Positions 48,515 to 63,100 of a stretch of 64,000 bases of DNA are shown here, one piece after another. The stretch is from Marsupella aquatica (Eukaryota > Plantae > Marchantiophyta). Each line of letters starts with the position of its first letter. The first letter of the stretch is position 1. The notes under the pieces are model-generated. The model made no database searches and was not told where the DNA came from. It saw only the letters and a program-made list of their open reading frames with translations. The stretch spans positions 26,435,233 through 26,499,232 of the forward strand of contig OZ316892.1 of NCBI GenBank assembly GCA_973895155.1, written 5' to 3'. The translations under genes were made by a program, and so were the position numbers.

Positions 48515-51500
48515 ATGGGTGAAGCTTCACCCAAATCAATCTTTGACCTGTGGTACAAGCTTCAAGCAGTGTTTTGCTCTGCTGCAAGTTCCAGTTGCCC
48601 ACTGGTTCTACCCAACCTTATTGAGGTATCTAAGAAACCAGCCGTTCAAATCAATCGTCTGATCACCCTTGTCATGCATACTGAAAGACCTTCGTAGATG
48701 CTATGTTTCATTTGTGTAAATTTTAATTGTTCAGTAGAAATGTGATAGATCTGTCGTCCTTACAATTCCAATCAACTGTCATCGCATGCGCTACAGCTCC
48801 ATGAAATGGTGTACGAAGTCTACAGGCCCCCTTTGAAAGAGAAGCCAGAAATTGAAATTGTTCTTTTCCATGGTCTTAAGTTGAAAGATTGTGAAGAGGC
48901 ACACATCACTACGTGGATGTCGGGCGACAACTCTGAGATGTGGCCAAGGACATGGTTGGCGGAAACATTCCCCAAAGCTCGCATCATAACAATTTGTTAC
49001 GATTCTGCTGCAAAAAAGACGAACAAGGTTGAACAGCTAGACATGTTTTTGACAAGGGAAAATCTGTTGTCTTCACTTACAAGTGATTCTGTAAGGGTAG
49101 GCGAAGCTCAGTGTCCAATAGTGCTGGTGGGCCATTGTCTCGGCGGTCTTCTACTCAAGGAACTATGTTTGCACGCCAACCAGGTGTTGAGTGAAAAAAG
49201 GGGAGGAATACCAGGAATGCAACGCATTCATGATTTTTTTGGGAACTTGAGAGGCATGTTCTTTTATGGAACACCTCATCTTGGATCGCTTCTTGGTGAT
49301 GAACTCGATGACTGTTTCGACGGTTCACTTCTAGCTGAAATAGAGGTCCTGAATGCCTGGAGCGCAAGGAAGAATGCAAGCTTTAGTGACTTGAAGGCCC
49401 GCTACAAATGGATTAGTTATGGAATCGGCGAGGCACACAAAAGCTTCGTGGTACTTCCAACACCATAGCATTGTCCTACTGAGGGTGGTCATGCCTGGCT
49501 CTTGATAGTTTTTTGGCTTTGTTGAATGTTTCAGTTTATCATTATAAAAAAAATTTCTAACCAGGAAGTTGCACAATCTTGCCTAAGTTTAAGCTGATAG
49601 TGTTGGTTAATGGGGTCGAAATGTCTGCAAAAGACATTTTCTTGATTCGATATTTATAGAAGTCTACAGTAGCTTGAAGTACTTTGATTTCCATTTTATG
49701 TTGATTACCTAGCCTTCATCACTTATACTCTCTGCTAAAGAAATTACTTGTCATGTAGGATTGCCTGGGAAAATATATCCAGGTTGTCCCTGAAGCATCA
49801 AGTAGGGTAGACATGGATGCCTATTATTCTGTTCAAGCAAATCATTTTAACTTATGCAAGCCAGCGAAGAAGCAAGATAGTGCCTTCTCATTTCTCGTCG
49901 ATTTCCTCCGCAAGGTATCCATCCTATCTTTGGTCCTACACGAAATAATGTACCGTTGGTGTGTTGGTCAGGCATGGCAAGTGTGGGAGTGTGCAATAGA
50001 ACAGGAAAATTCCAAATTCTCCTTAGTAGTAGCACTAGTAGTACCGTACATGTATGGTTTTGAGATATAAAGACTCTCAGAGCATTGTGGCGAAGACTTC
50101 TGCTGTAACATACTTCAGCTCAGGGGAATCTGCGGAGTTCTCAGCCTTATGGATTGAAAAATTCCATATCCAGACACTACATGTTCCAAGATGATATTTC
50201 TCGACAAACATTGAGTTTACAGTCTCTCTATCTGCTCTACTTCTAACATTCAAATCATGCGAAACTCTAGATTCATGAAGAGCATATACTTCGATCAGGG
50301 GTCGAGGCTGATGATATGAGCGGCCGAGGGTATGTTGTTGACCATCAGGGTCGTGCAGACAAAGTCAAAAGCATGTTGCTGAAGCCCAATGCTTATACCG
50401 CTTTCATTGTTGGGCTGCCTGGCATCGGGAAGACCACATTAGCACAGCAGGTCTTCCACGACATCTCTCATTCTTTCGCAATCAGATGCTTCATAGATCT
50501 GGACAATTTCAAAGAACCTTCGAAGAGCCGCAAGGAGGTTTTGAAGAAGATTGAGAGCGCATTAAAACAACAAGTCAAAGAATGGAGTCATGACTACTTG
50601 ACTGTGCCTCGTTATTTGAAGGGCAAGAAAGCGTTGATCGTTCTTGACAATGTGCAGTCACAGGTCCAGCTAGATGCTTTGAGTAGAGAAATCTGGCTGG
50701 AGGGGAGCAACAGTAGGCTAGTTGTGACCACAACCAATTCTGGCCTTGGCTCCCAGTCAAACACTTACAAGGTCAATTTCTTGGGCGACAAAGAATCGCG
50801 ACAATTGTTTTGTCATTATTCATTTCAAAACAGGTCCAGACCGGAGTGTCTCGCAAATCTTCTTCAACAAGTAATACAGAGATGCGGAAATTTCCCGTTG
50901 TCTCTCAAAATCCTGGGTAGTTATTTGAGTCCAAAGGACGTGGATGACCAAAACCTGTGGAGCGATCTTCTTGTGAAGCTGGAAAATGCGGAAGAAGTTG
51001 CTAGCGGTCCTGATTACGGACTATGGGCAAGGTTAAGGCCCTGCTACTATGCTCTTGCGCCTTCAGAGCAAGAAATGTTTCTGGATGTTTCAGTTGTGTT
51101 TAGTGGTTATCCGTTGAACTTGGTACAGTGCATGTGGAGCGCATGTCGGCAGTGTCCAACCATAGGGTGGAGGAATTTGGAGCGAGGATTTTTGGTCAGT
51201 GAGCATGGAGGGAGAATTTGGATGCACGAATTGTTGAGAAATCTAGGTCGAACTATTGCATGTCCTCAAACATCTCCAAATAGCTGTGTTGACAAGTGGA
51301 GACGGATTTCTAGCGGATGCTTGGAGAGGGATTTTATTGCCAAGTATCAGGTAATTTTACCATTCAGATTATTCCTATTGCTCAAACTCGGCATTCTCCA
51401 ATGTTTAGAAAGTGTCCGCTCAGCAATATATTAGCATTCGAAGATATTTCAATCACTCAGTGTAATTGAGAAGATCGACCATGACTTGCTGTCACTTGAT

Positions 51501-53757
51501 GATGCAGGGGTTTATGGAGTCACTTTCGTTGGAGCTTCAAGTGCACGACAACGAAAGGTTGACCTTGAGAAACACGACACTAGCACAATTTGTGAAGCTT
51601 GAATACTTGATCCTGGATGGTGTCGAGATGACTGAAGGAAGAGTGGAACTCCCCGGGTCCTTGGTCTATTTGAAATGGAAGGGTGCATTATTTGAGACTT
51701 GCCCCGTGGATTTCAACGGCTTGGGAAAATTGGCTGTCCTTGATCTCCAATTCTGCAAAGCCATGACAAGTCTTCCTCCGAGTGTGGTGATAGCAAAGAA
51801 GCTGAAGTGGTTGGAGTTGGAAGGTTGCCAATCCCTCACAAAGCTGCCCGAAGGTCTGTATGAGTTTAGTGATCTCGAGTACTTGGGCCTGAGGATGACC
51901 GGCGTGGGCAAGATGTCAAGCAAGTTGAGAAAGTTGAAGAAGCTGAGGTGGTTTCGAGCTGACCAGACGGGTTTGGCACGAGTTCCTAACGCGATAGGTC
52001 GCCTTACGATGTTAGAGACTCTCGATATCAGCAGCACGACTGTGACAGTCCTACCAGAGTCCATTGGAGCTCTCAAGCTCTTGACAACTCTGAATGCCCG
52101 CCACACCTTGTTGAGCTCGTTGCCAGAGTCTATTGCTGATCTCGAGCTCTTGAAAAGTCTAGATGCGGGAAACACATTCTTGAGCGCTTTGCCGGAGAGG
52201 ATAGGTTGTCTCCAAAACTTGCAAGACTTGTCGCTGGATGCGACCCGTATGGAGAGTCTGCCGGAATCATTGGGGAATGTCGTTGGGTTGAGGTACTTGA
52301 ACTTGTGTTCCACTCCCTTAGAAACACTACCGGATTCAATTTGTTTGCTCCGCTCTCTCGAAACCCTATTTTTGGACGACACACGAATAAGCGCACTTCC
52401 TGATGCATTTGGAGAGCTTGAGAGTTTGATTCAGTTGTCCCTAGGCGGGTCAAGGGTGAGGTCCTTTCCGGAGACATTCAACAAGCTCTCCAACCTGAGT
52501 CATCTTATGTTGACAGTCTCGACAATTTTGAATGATGGCACACATCCATCAGGCTCAGGGACACACTCCACAATTTCGCGCAGCCGCCAAGATTTGAATT
52601 GTGTGGTGGGGTTTCACACCTCTGAATTCTTAGAAGGAGAGATTCTTGAAGTCGAAGAGGAAGGGGAGATACCAGCTATGGGCCGCGCTCGTTTCTCCGC
52701 TAAATTTCCGTTCCATAGTGTCATGAGCCTGGACATTTTTGCCAAAAATTTCAGCGAATCTGCACTTCCAACTCTTTTTAATGCATTGAAAGAAATGACC
52801 TCCCTTCGTCAATTGACTCTAAAGGGGTTCAATGAGGTAGAGGCATTCCCTTCTGAATTAGGAACGCTAACTGGTTTGTATAAACTCACAATCAAATCTT
52901 GTGAGAGACTACGGGAGTTGCCTGATTCGTTCAGCTTGGTCATGATGGAACTAGAGTTAACTAACCTGCCAAGGCTGCGCAGACTCCCGGAGGGTCTAAG
53001 CTGCGCCACGTGCTTGAATGAATTGACTGTAGTTAATTGTGGAAGCGTGCAGAGCATGCCCAGGTCTTGTGGGCACAAGTCCCCTTTGGACAGAGATTCC
53101 ACCCAAGCGTGTTCCGACGAAAGTGGGAACTCCGACTCCAACCCCACTGTGTATCAGGGGCGTCAACCCAGACTTATTGTTACCGACTCGTGGAGACTCT
53201 TGCGATGCTGCCTAGAATGTCGTATGGATCAAAGCTACAGCTTTGACATTAGGTTCGGCATTAAGTGTGAGGAGATGGAGACGGCGATGAAGATGGCAGT
53301 GAAATTGAAAGGGGATTGGCAGGCGCAATTCAAGTTGGCCACGACAGAGTTGAGGAAACTGTGTTTGGAATGCCAAGTGGGAGATGACGGCCTCCATGGA
53401 AGCTTCACACACTCCACAATCTGGGCCCCTTTGAACCACGAGTCAAAATCTAGGATATATTTAGAGTGCATGGGAGACCAAGCTTCGGATAACGCACATT
53501 TTCATTACATATCGGGATGTAGGATCCACAGATTACACGTGAGAGTGCTGGACATGGACGAAGAAGTCAGTGAAGGCAAAGATGACAGTAACATAGAGGA
53601 TTCAGACGAAGACACAGAGGACAGTGAAGACGGTTCAGACAACATTGAGGAGGCCCAAGGCATAGAGGACCAGGATAGCAAGCAAAGTGACGATGAGGAG
53701 ATCCAGGCAAAGCGCAGGAAATTGAATGATTGGTCAAATGCAGGAAATTCGACATAG
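48515..53757 (+). CDS. HNL immune receptor (alpha/beta-hydrolase-NB-ARC-LRR), copy 3, complete
   Basis: Predicted exons 48515-48625, 48797-49450, 49759-49914, 50271-51350, 51508-53757. GT-AG phase-0 introns. GHCLGG, GLPGIGKTT, MHE, LRRs, and an acidic tail ending AKRRKLNDWSNAGNST. Confidence 0.92.
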
Positions 53758-56700
53758 AGATGGTTGGTACAGCTCTGAGGCTTCTCCTTCCCTTAAGTCC
53801 ATCCCTCGTGTGAGCAGACACTGCCGCAAGCACCACTCTTCTCCATTGGCAATGACTAGTCTAGCCACATTGCTTGACTCAAATTCGACTATGTAACTTG
53901 AGAATATTCAACGGCAGGTCCATTATTCCCGACATGCTGTCGTTATGAGATGATTCCTACTGTGCTATTCCACTGAATTCCACTGAATTAAATAAATAAA
54001 AGTGCTTGAAGGGGGTCATTCTTGCAACATTGAGATTGTACCTGAAGTGAGTTGTGCTATTGTTGTTCCTGTGTGAGGCACTTGCCATTCTCTCTCTGCT
54101 CTAATGGCAATACACTGTATTCATGCCATGTTAAAGAGTACAGCTCCTGCTGCCAGGGTTGGATGGATTTCTGGAAGAAGATCTAATCTTTGTTGCCTTA
54201 GAAATTTGCAACTGAGACATTGGTAATGGGCGAAAGAAGAAAAGCACCACTATTCTGCCAGAATGACTGGAAGTTCTCTGACAAATTCGCTTTGACAACC
54301 CGGCACGGTGTCCATCCTAAGAGTTTGTCATTTTATTAAGCAACGCACATAAACTTTCCCCGAAAACGAAGCCAAATTTGCACCAGGGAGTTCATTCCAT
54401 GTAAGACATTCCAAAATGTGACTCCATGCAAAACTAACAAATCCTTCGGGAGCCCTCGTCGACAACCACTTTTACTGCTGTGTACAACGGTTGCATCTGG
54501 ACAAAGCAGAGTAAAGAGCCTTGTTGTCAAAAAACATTAAATGGAGACATAATGTTGAACTGAAGTAATTGGAACCTTCAACTCAGCAGAGGCTTCCGCT
54601 GGATTGGTATGGCGTCTCGCATCCGAGACAGACCTTCAGAATTGTCTTCATCGTCTTCTTCCCATTCGTTGTCGTCTTCTTCCACATTATCATCTTTATT
54701 GTCATAATGAAGGTCAGCAAGCTGTCTCTTTCTGGAACTTCTGCTGAGCCCGGTTTGAAGTTCAGCTGAGGTATTACAGCTACATGCATTCAAGTCAGCA
54801 ACAACAAACATAGCGTAAGTAAACATATTGTAATTACTGTAGTTGATACTGGGTTGCTCAATCTTGAACTTTGAGGAGCTCTTCAGCGAGCTAAGGAGTC
54901 ACTATCACTCAAGGTACAACAAAGAAAATGGAGAGCAAGAGTCATTTTCAGGAGCACGAGCCTAACAGCACTCTATGGAAGACAGAAGGAGAGCAGGGGC
55001 TAGGAGCATGAGTCGAACAGTCAGTGTAAGGAAAGAAAAAGGACATAACAGTGAGGACAAGTCCGACCGTGAGATTAACACAGTAGCACTTGGAGGCCAC
55101 AATGACAATGATGCCTTTACCAAAACCATTGCGAAGCAGACCTCGACTTTAGCCCCAATCAATCAAGCAACCCAGCAATTGACTACTCAACCATCATTCA
55201 ACCAAAACGTTTTCCTCTTCTCGGTGCGGCTCGTTGCAGGCACACTCAATATGTAACAACCTTGTCTTTCAACATGGCAATCCAAGGCAGGCTACTACGG
55301 AGCCCTTCAAAGCCAAGGCACCAATGACACATAAGATGAAGACACAGGAGGACAGCGAAGACGCTTTGGACAACAATAGAGAGGCCCATATAGGACCAGA
55401 TAGCAATCTAAGTGACGATGAGGAGATGAATGCAAAGCGCAGGAATTGATTGACTGGTCAAACACAGGCATTCCGAACTTACAGATGGTTGATTAAAGCT
55501 TCTCCTTCCCTTCAGTACCTTTCCTCCTGCCTGAATCACTGCGCTCCTCCATCATAGCGACACACTACTGCCGAACTCAAATCCGCCCATGTATCTTCAA
55601 AAATATGTAATTGCAAGTATGTTACCATAGGTATTCTACAGATTTATTGCAGTCATCTTGCACATGGAATTGGCTGTTGCTACAGTCGCTGCGTGTGATT
55701 GCCTGAACGGTTATCTTTTTGAGGCGTTGCCATTTTACGCCATCTTAAGAGTACAGTACCTGCTGCTAGGGTAACTAAGAATGAATTTCTCGATGATGGT
55801 CTATTCATATTGTGCAATCTGAGTCACTGTGTGACCTTTTGGTGTGCCATTCTGCAGCTTAGTTGTTTCCACTGCTCTGGTGAAAGCTGTGAACTGCGAG
55901 GCCAGCTCTAGCGGATGGTTGGCGAATGATTTTAACAAAAAGGGTTTAGCCAATTTTACTGTGTCCTTGCAGCGATTGCGAGTATTGACATGTTGATCTC
56001 TAATAAATGCGTTTTGCACACATGGCTAGACGAATTCAAGAAGTTGGAACGTGCCATTGAGTCCATCGAACCTGAGAAATTGGATTATATGTCGTCCCAA
56101 TTTTGACGGATTATAAAAGTGTTATCGAATGTAGAGGAACTTGGTTCAGAGAGTGACAGATAGAATCCTCCATTCTTTCTCCTAATTTGTAGTGAAATTG
56201 GAACGAAGAGGTTCAGATTCCGGAACTGACTTTTTTTGATTCCGTCACTCTTCATACATTTTAGTGAATCATTAGACATATAGCTTTCAATTTTTTGCCT
56301 GGAAAAAACTCATTGAAATTCATCTAAAAAGCCAGCATACAACATTGGTGGCCCACAAAAGGGGGTCATCACCGGGGGACCAAAGGTCGGGGAGTCAAGG
56401 GGACCAGAGAGGCCCGGTACCAGGAGAGAAGCCAGCCCAGAACCCAGGGAGCCAAACAAGACATTCAACTACTGCAGAAGGAGCGACACAACTCCAAAGA
56501 CCAGCCAGTGGAGAGGTACCAGCAGGGCACCAAACAGTGGGTCCATGATATAGCCAAAACCAATATCATGAGGCTTAAAATCTTCTATAACCCCACTCTC
56601 AGAATCAGATCTTGATGCGTACATCGCAGTCTGTGTCTGAGAACTCAGTTCGCATTATCAGAGGTTTACACTTAAACTTCCCCAAAATTGGCTTGAATCC

Positions 56701-59635
56701 TCTTGAATTTCCATGGTTCCTCATAATTGTAGCGTCCCCTGCATTCCAGAATTTGATATTCATATGAGGGGTTTAATTGACATGAACAGCATCGATATCT
56801 GTTGCACTCAGCCTGATTCAATCAGTTTTCGAGGACTCCATTGTAGTGCCCCAAAGATTTGAGTACACAAATCTTAAACGGAGAAGAGATGATAGTGATT
56901 ATCATGTTGAACAATCGAACATTTTACCCAGCAACATGTACGTGAACACAAAACTCACAGCGACCTCCTGATTCATCTCTGGTATAACTCTGTCTAAGTT
57001 AAGGTAAATGATCTTGTCCAATATTGCTGAGTCCAGGATCTAGATACTCTAGTTCTTTCTCAGTGGATCTAATTTCTAGTGAGGGAGCGAATCTTGCATA
57101 TACTAGCGTGGAAGGCATCACAACCGAGATTTCGGTCAAGACATCCAAAATTCGTCGGGAATATCTGAGTCAGCTGAGTTTCGCCCATAGAACCAGACGC
57201 GGCAGACTGATTGAATTTGGTGGGCCAATCTCGGCTGAATTTCGGACCGATATCCCCCTCAAAAAATGGAGCTGAAAATCTGGCCGCACGGGTCGATTGA
57301 AACTTGGCGATCGGGGCATCCTGAGTGCGAGGGACTGATACAGTCATCATCCAGGCTCTTCCTTTAGCAATTGTCCCCAAAGTACTGCTCCTCCCAAATT
57401 TGCTGCTAACGATTGAGGTTGCTAACTTAGAGCTGGAATCACAAAGAGGCGAAGGGGTCCCGAAGGATGCTCAAGAATAGAATGGAATCGCCATGTAATA
57501 ACAGCAATAACAGGTAGGGTATATCATGTTCAGTCGGACGTGAAATCTACTGTCCATACCACTTTTTATGTCCAATGGTAACCTAGTGACAAAGTTCTTC
57601 GAAGGAATAAACTGGAGAATGGCACGTTTTAGCACTTTTAACATGATTACCTTGTCCTCAATTCCACAGGAAACTTCTTTTTATACCACCGAGGAACGTA
57701 CTTTTTATCACAAAAGTGGATCGACGAGTGATCATGGTGTACAACAATTCTACTGTTGAAGGGTGCTTCCAAGCCTCAATGCCTTTTGTCCCAGTAAACA
57801 ACAAGGTCTGACCCTGCCACCTTGCCATCATGTTCTAGTTGGAGGATTCCTGGTCCTGTGGTAGTAAACAGACTGAATGTCGTTTACACTCGAACAAGGA
57901 ATTGATCGCAAAATCTGCATAACCTGACCATGGACACCCCGCCCTAGCTACCCCGCCCTCTCGATTACCTTAGTTCAGCATCATGTCGTATAAATAAGGA
58001 GGTCGCTTTTATGTAGGTCGCCTTCAGGTATCTATCATGTGTCCAGAATCAAATCACGGCAGCTCAGGGTCCCGCATATTCTGGACTGGACAATAGAGGT
58101 CGACTGTCTACGGTAGCTTTCCAATTCGTGCTTGTCAATGCGCCTCTATCTCAAAGTTGAAGGCTTTAAGAAATTGTTAATTAGCGCGAACCTCAATCTA
58201 TTTTTGCCTTTAAATACCTTTTTTGGACACATCCAAAAAGCAGTCAGCGCGAATCTCTTCCACCTGTATGATAGTTCGAATTGTCCTACCATCTGCACCG
58301 GCAATCAATTGTCTGTCTGAGTTTCTCTCGACCTATCTGATTAAAGGAACTTGTGAGGAAGCTAGCTGGTCGAAGTCCAGAATGTATGAGCCATGCATGC
58401 ACGTACTGTCTATTGTAAGTTGAGCTCTGAATTGGTTGTCACAAACTGATTGCTCCTTATTCTGATTAATCAGATATCAATCAGACCTCGATATGGAATG
58501 TTTACTACACCCTCCCTTGGATTTCCACACATTGAAGAAAGTTGTCTTAAGTTTGAAATCCTTCGGAGTGAAAGAACTGCGAAGTGAAGCCGAGAGTGAA
58601 TTGATGGAAGCCAGGCCAAGGGAGTATGCAGGGTGAGTACGAGCAGGTAGATGACTACCTCGAGCGCACCAGGAGCACGGCAAACACACGTACACTCAGA
58701 CAAGTGTGAAGTGTCCTATTTTGTTTCAATCGGAATTCAAAGGTCGGGACGTCAAGACCAGAAAGTTTTCCGCCCTTGCAATGGAACTCCTCGATCAGTG
58801 CCGGCGTCTGGGCTGCCTCAGGAGGGCGTGCCGTCTTGCATGTGAGCGGATATTTTTGAGTACCGCTTACCCGGCCGAACGCTTACATGCAAGACAACCC
58901 TAATTAAGCCTGGAGAGTTTTACTGGCACAACTCTAAAACTATATCAATGCGCCGCGAGCCCGCAATGTCAAAGACGATGCCGCACTCAGGGTAACAATT
59001 GGACTGTCAGATCACGTTTCCATCGAAGAATCGAAAAAGAGAAGCAAGCTGATTGTCATCTAGCAAGTACTATATCCCAAAACTGTAGCAACTTTGACTC
59101 TCCAAATTTAGCTTTACATTTGGGTGTCACCCATCTGAGTGATCCCTTTGCTGTTCAAGCGTGAAGCGTCTTCCAGGAAGATTTTGCTGTAGATTGATTC
59201 GCATCAAGCAATTTGTGCTACCCGCGTCCAGAGAGCAAGTTGAGAGGGACTGATGATCATGATCGACTGTAAGTTGAGAATTAATGATCTCGGAGTTCGA
59301 TACAGAACTTTCAAGCAAGTCCGTCAGAAACCTTCCTGGAAAGCCACCGCAACGTTTCAGACGCCCATGCAAAGACACCTAAATGTGATCATTGCTATTG
59401 AGCCCGGCTCTAATTGCACGTCAAAAAGCAACAGCATATGGTGTACTTCGCTACTTGGCAACTACGTACTAATAAGCCAGGCTCTAATTGCAAGTCAAAA
59501 AGCAACAGCAAATGGTGTACATATGGTATACTGTGCTACTTGGCAAGTGTCCAGAGCTTAAAGGGATTTTCCATATCATGATAAACCCAATTGATCTTTA
59601 AGTGTCCCCAAATTGAAAGTACTTTCCATATCATT
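53758..59635. repeat. Duplicated downstream segment of copy 3 (paralog of ~4946-11075 downstream of copy 1)
   Basis: Near-identical colinear sequence; the same small ORFs recur in the ORF track. Confidence 0.92.
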
Positions 59636-60123
59636 TATATTCATTAAAAGTACTTTTAAAAGTCCAAAATATGAACTCTAAAGTTGTTTTTTTCAGGGCC
59701 AATTTTTTAAAAATTATTCCCAAAATTTAAATTTTTTTCAGCCCAAATATGCACTTTTGAATGCCCAATTTTTTTTTTTTTTCACCCAAATGTTTAATAA
59801 TAACTTAAATCATATATTATAATTAATTTATAAATTAAAGTAAATTTGATTCAGTCCAAAAATCAGAGGCCAATACCACTCAGACCATAAATTAAAAAAT
59901 ATCTATGATGATAAATCAAGGGTCATAATGAGATTGACCCACTATATAATTAATAAATTGTCCAGTCCAGGGAGAGAACCTCACACTAAGCATATTCTAA
60001 TTGTTTACTTTACCCTTCGTAGATGCTATGTTTCATTTGTGTAATTTTTAATTGTTCAGTAGAAATGTGAAAGAGATCTGTCGTCCATACAATTCCAATC
60101 AACTATCATCGCATGCCCTACAG

Positions 60124-63100
60124 CTCCATGAAATGGTGTACGAAGTCTACAGGCCCCCTTTGAAAGAGAAGCCAGAAATTGAAATTGTTCTTTTCCATGG
60201 TCTTAAGTTGAAAGATTGTGAAGAGGCACACATTACTACGTGGATGTCGGGCGACAACTCTGAGATGTGGCCAAGGACATGGTTGGCGGAAACATTCCCC
60301 AAAGCTCGCATCATAACAATTTGTTACGATTCTGCTGCAAAAAAGACGAACAAGGTTGAACAGCTAGACATGTTTTTGACAAGGGAAAATCTGTTGTCAT
60401 CACTTACAAGTGATTCTGTAAGGGTGGGCGAAGCTCAGTGTCCAATAGTGCTGGTGGGCCATTGCCTCGGAGGTCTTCTACTCAAGGAACTATGTTTGCA
60501 CGCCAACCAGGTGTTGAGTGAAAAATGGGGAGGAATACCAGGAATGCAACGCATTCATGATTTTTTTGGGAACTTGAGAGGCATGTTCTTTTATGGAACA
60601 CCTCATCTTGGATCGCTTCTTGGTGATGAACTCGATGACTGTTTCGATGGTTCGCTTCTAGCTGAAATAGAGGTCCTGAATGCCTGGAGCGCAAGGAAGA
60701 ATGCAAGCTTTAGTGCCTTGAAGGCCCGCTACAAATGGATTAGTTATGGAATGGGCGAGTCACACAAAAGCTTCGTGGTACTTCCAACACCATAGCTTTG
60801 TCCTATTGAGGGTGCTCATGCCTGGCTCTTGATAGTTTTTTGGCTTTGTTGAATGTTTCAGTTTGTCATTTGATTTAGTTTTTCTGACCAGGAAGTTGCA
60901 CAAGCTTGCCTAAGTTTAAAATGATAGTGTTGGTTAATGGGGTCGAATGTCTGCAAAATACATTTCCTTGATTCGATATTTATGGAAGTCTAGTTTGAAG
61001 TCCTTTTGTTTCCATTTTATGTTGATTACCTAGCCTTTATCACTTGTACTCTCTACTAAACAAAATTATTTGTCATGTAGGATTGCCTTGGAAAATATAT
61101 CCAGGTTGTCCCTGAAGCATCAAGTAGGGTAGACATGGATGCCTATTATTCTGTTCAAGCAAATCATTTTAACTTATGCAAGCCAGCGAAGAAGCAAGAT
61201 AGTGCCTTCTCATTTCTCGTCGATTTCCTCCTCAAGGTATCCATCCTATCTTTAGTCCTACACGAAATAATGTACAGTTGGTGTGTTGGTCAGGCCTGGC
61301 AAGTGTGGCAGCGTGCAATAGAACAGGAAAATTCCAAATTCTAGGTTAGAAAATGTCTATTGCAAAATCCTTAGTAGTAGCAGTAGTAGTACCGTATATG
61401 TATGGTTTTGAGATATAAAGACTCTCAGAGCATTGTGGCGAAGACTTCTGCTGTTACATACTTCAGCTCAGGGGAATCTGCGGAGTTCTCAGCCTTATAG
61501 ATTGAAAAATTCCATATCTAGACACTACGTGTTCCAAGACCATATTTCTAGACAAACATTAAGTTTTACAGTCTCTGTATTTGCTGTGCTTCTAACATTC
61601 AAATCATGGGAAACTCTAGATTCATGGAGAGCATATACTTCGATCAGGGGTCGAGGCTGATGATATGAGCGGCCGAGGGTATGTTGTTGACCATCATGGT
61701 CGTGCAGACGAAGTCGAAAGCATGTTGCTGAAGCCCAATGCTTATACCACTTTCATTGTTGGGCTGCCTGGCATCGGGAAGACCACATTAGCACAGCAGG
61801 TCTTCCACGACATCTCTCATTCTTTTGCAATCAGATGCTTCATAGATCTGGACAATTTCAAAGAACCTTCGAAGAGCCGCAAGGAGGTTTTGAAGAAGAT
61901 TGAGAGCGCATTAAAACAACAAGTCAAAGAATGGAGTTATGAGTACTTGACTGTGCCTCGTTATTTGAAGGGCAAGAAAGCGTTGATCGTTCTTGACAAT
62001 GTGCAGTCACAGGTCCAGCTAGATGTTTTGAGGAGAGAAATCTGGCTGGAGGGGAGCAACAGTAGGCTAGTTGTGACCACAACCAATTCTGGCCTTGACT
62101 CCCAGTCAAACACTTACAAGGTCGATTTCTCCCAGTCAAACACTTACGAGGTCGATTTCTTGGGCTACCAAGAATCGCGAGAATTGTTTTGTCATTATGC
62201 ATTTCAAAACAGGGCCAGACCGGAGTGTCTCGCAAATCGTCTTCAACAAGTAATACAGAGATGCGGAAATTTCCCGTTGTCTCTCAAAATCCTGGGTAGT
62301 TATTTGAGTGCAAAGGACGTGGATGACCAAAACCTGTGGAGCGATCTTCTTGTGAAGCTGGAAAATGCGGAAGAAGTTGCTAGCGGTCCTGATTACGGAC
62401 TATGGGCAAGGTTAGGGCCCTGCTACTATGCTCTTGCGCCTTCAGAGCAAGAAATGTTTTTGGATGTTTCAGTTGTGTTTAGTGGTTATCCGTTGAACTT
62501 GGTAAAGTGCGTGTGGAGCGCATGTCGGCAGTGTCCAACCATAGGGTGGAGGAATTTGGAGCGAGGATTTTTGGTCAGTGAGCATGGAGGGAGAATTTGG
62601 ATGCACGAATTGTTGAGAAATCTAGGTCGAAGTATTGCATGTCCTCAAACATCTCCAAATAGCTGTGTTGACAAGTGGAGACGAATTTCTAGCGGATGCT
62701 TGGAGAGGGATTTTATTGCCAAGTATCAGGTAATTTTACCATTCAGATTATTCCTATTGCTCAAACTCGGCATTCTCCAATGTATAGAAAGTGGCTGCTC
62801 AACAATATATTAGCATTCGAAGATTTTTTCAATCAACTCAGTGTAATTGAGAAGATCGACCATGACTTGCTGTTACTTGATGATGCAGGGGTTTATGGAG
62901 TCACTTTCGTTGGAGCTTCAAGCGCACGACAACGAAAGGTTGAGCTTGACAAACACGACACTAGCACAATATGTGAAGCTTGAATACTTGATCCTGGATG
63001 GTGTCGAGATGACTGAAGCAAGAGTGGAACTCCCCGGGTCCTTGGTCTATTTGAAATGGAAGGGTGCATTATTTGAGACTTGCCCCGTGGATTTCAACGG

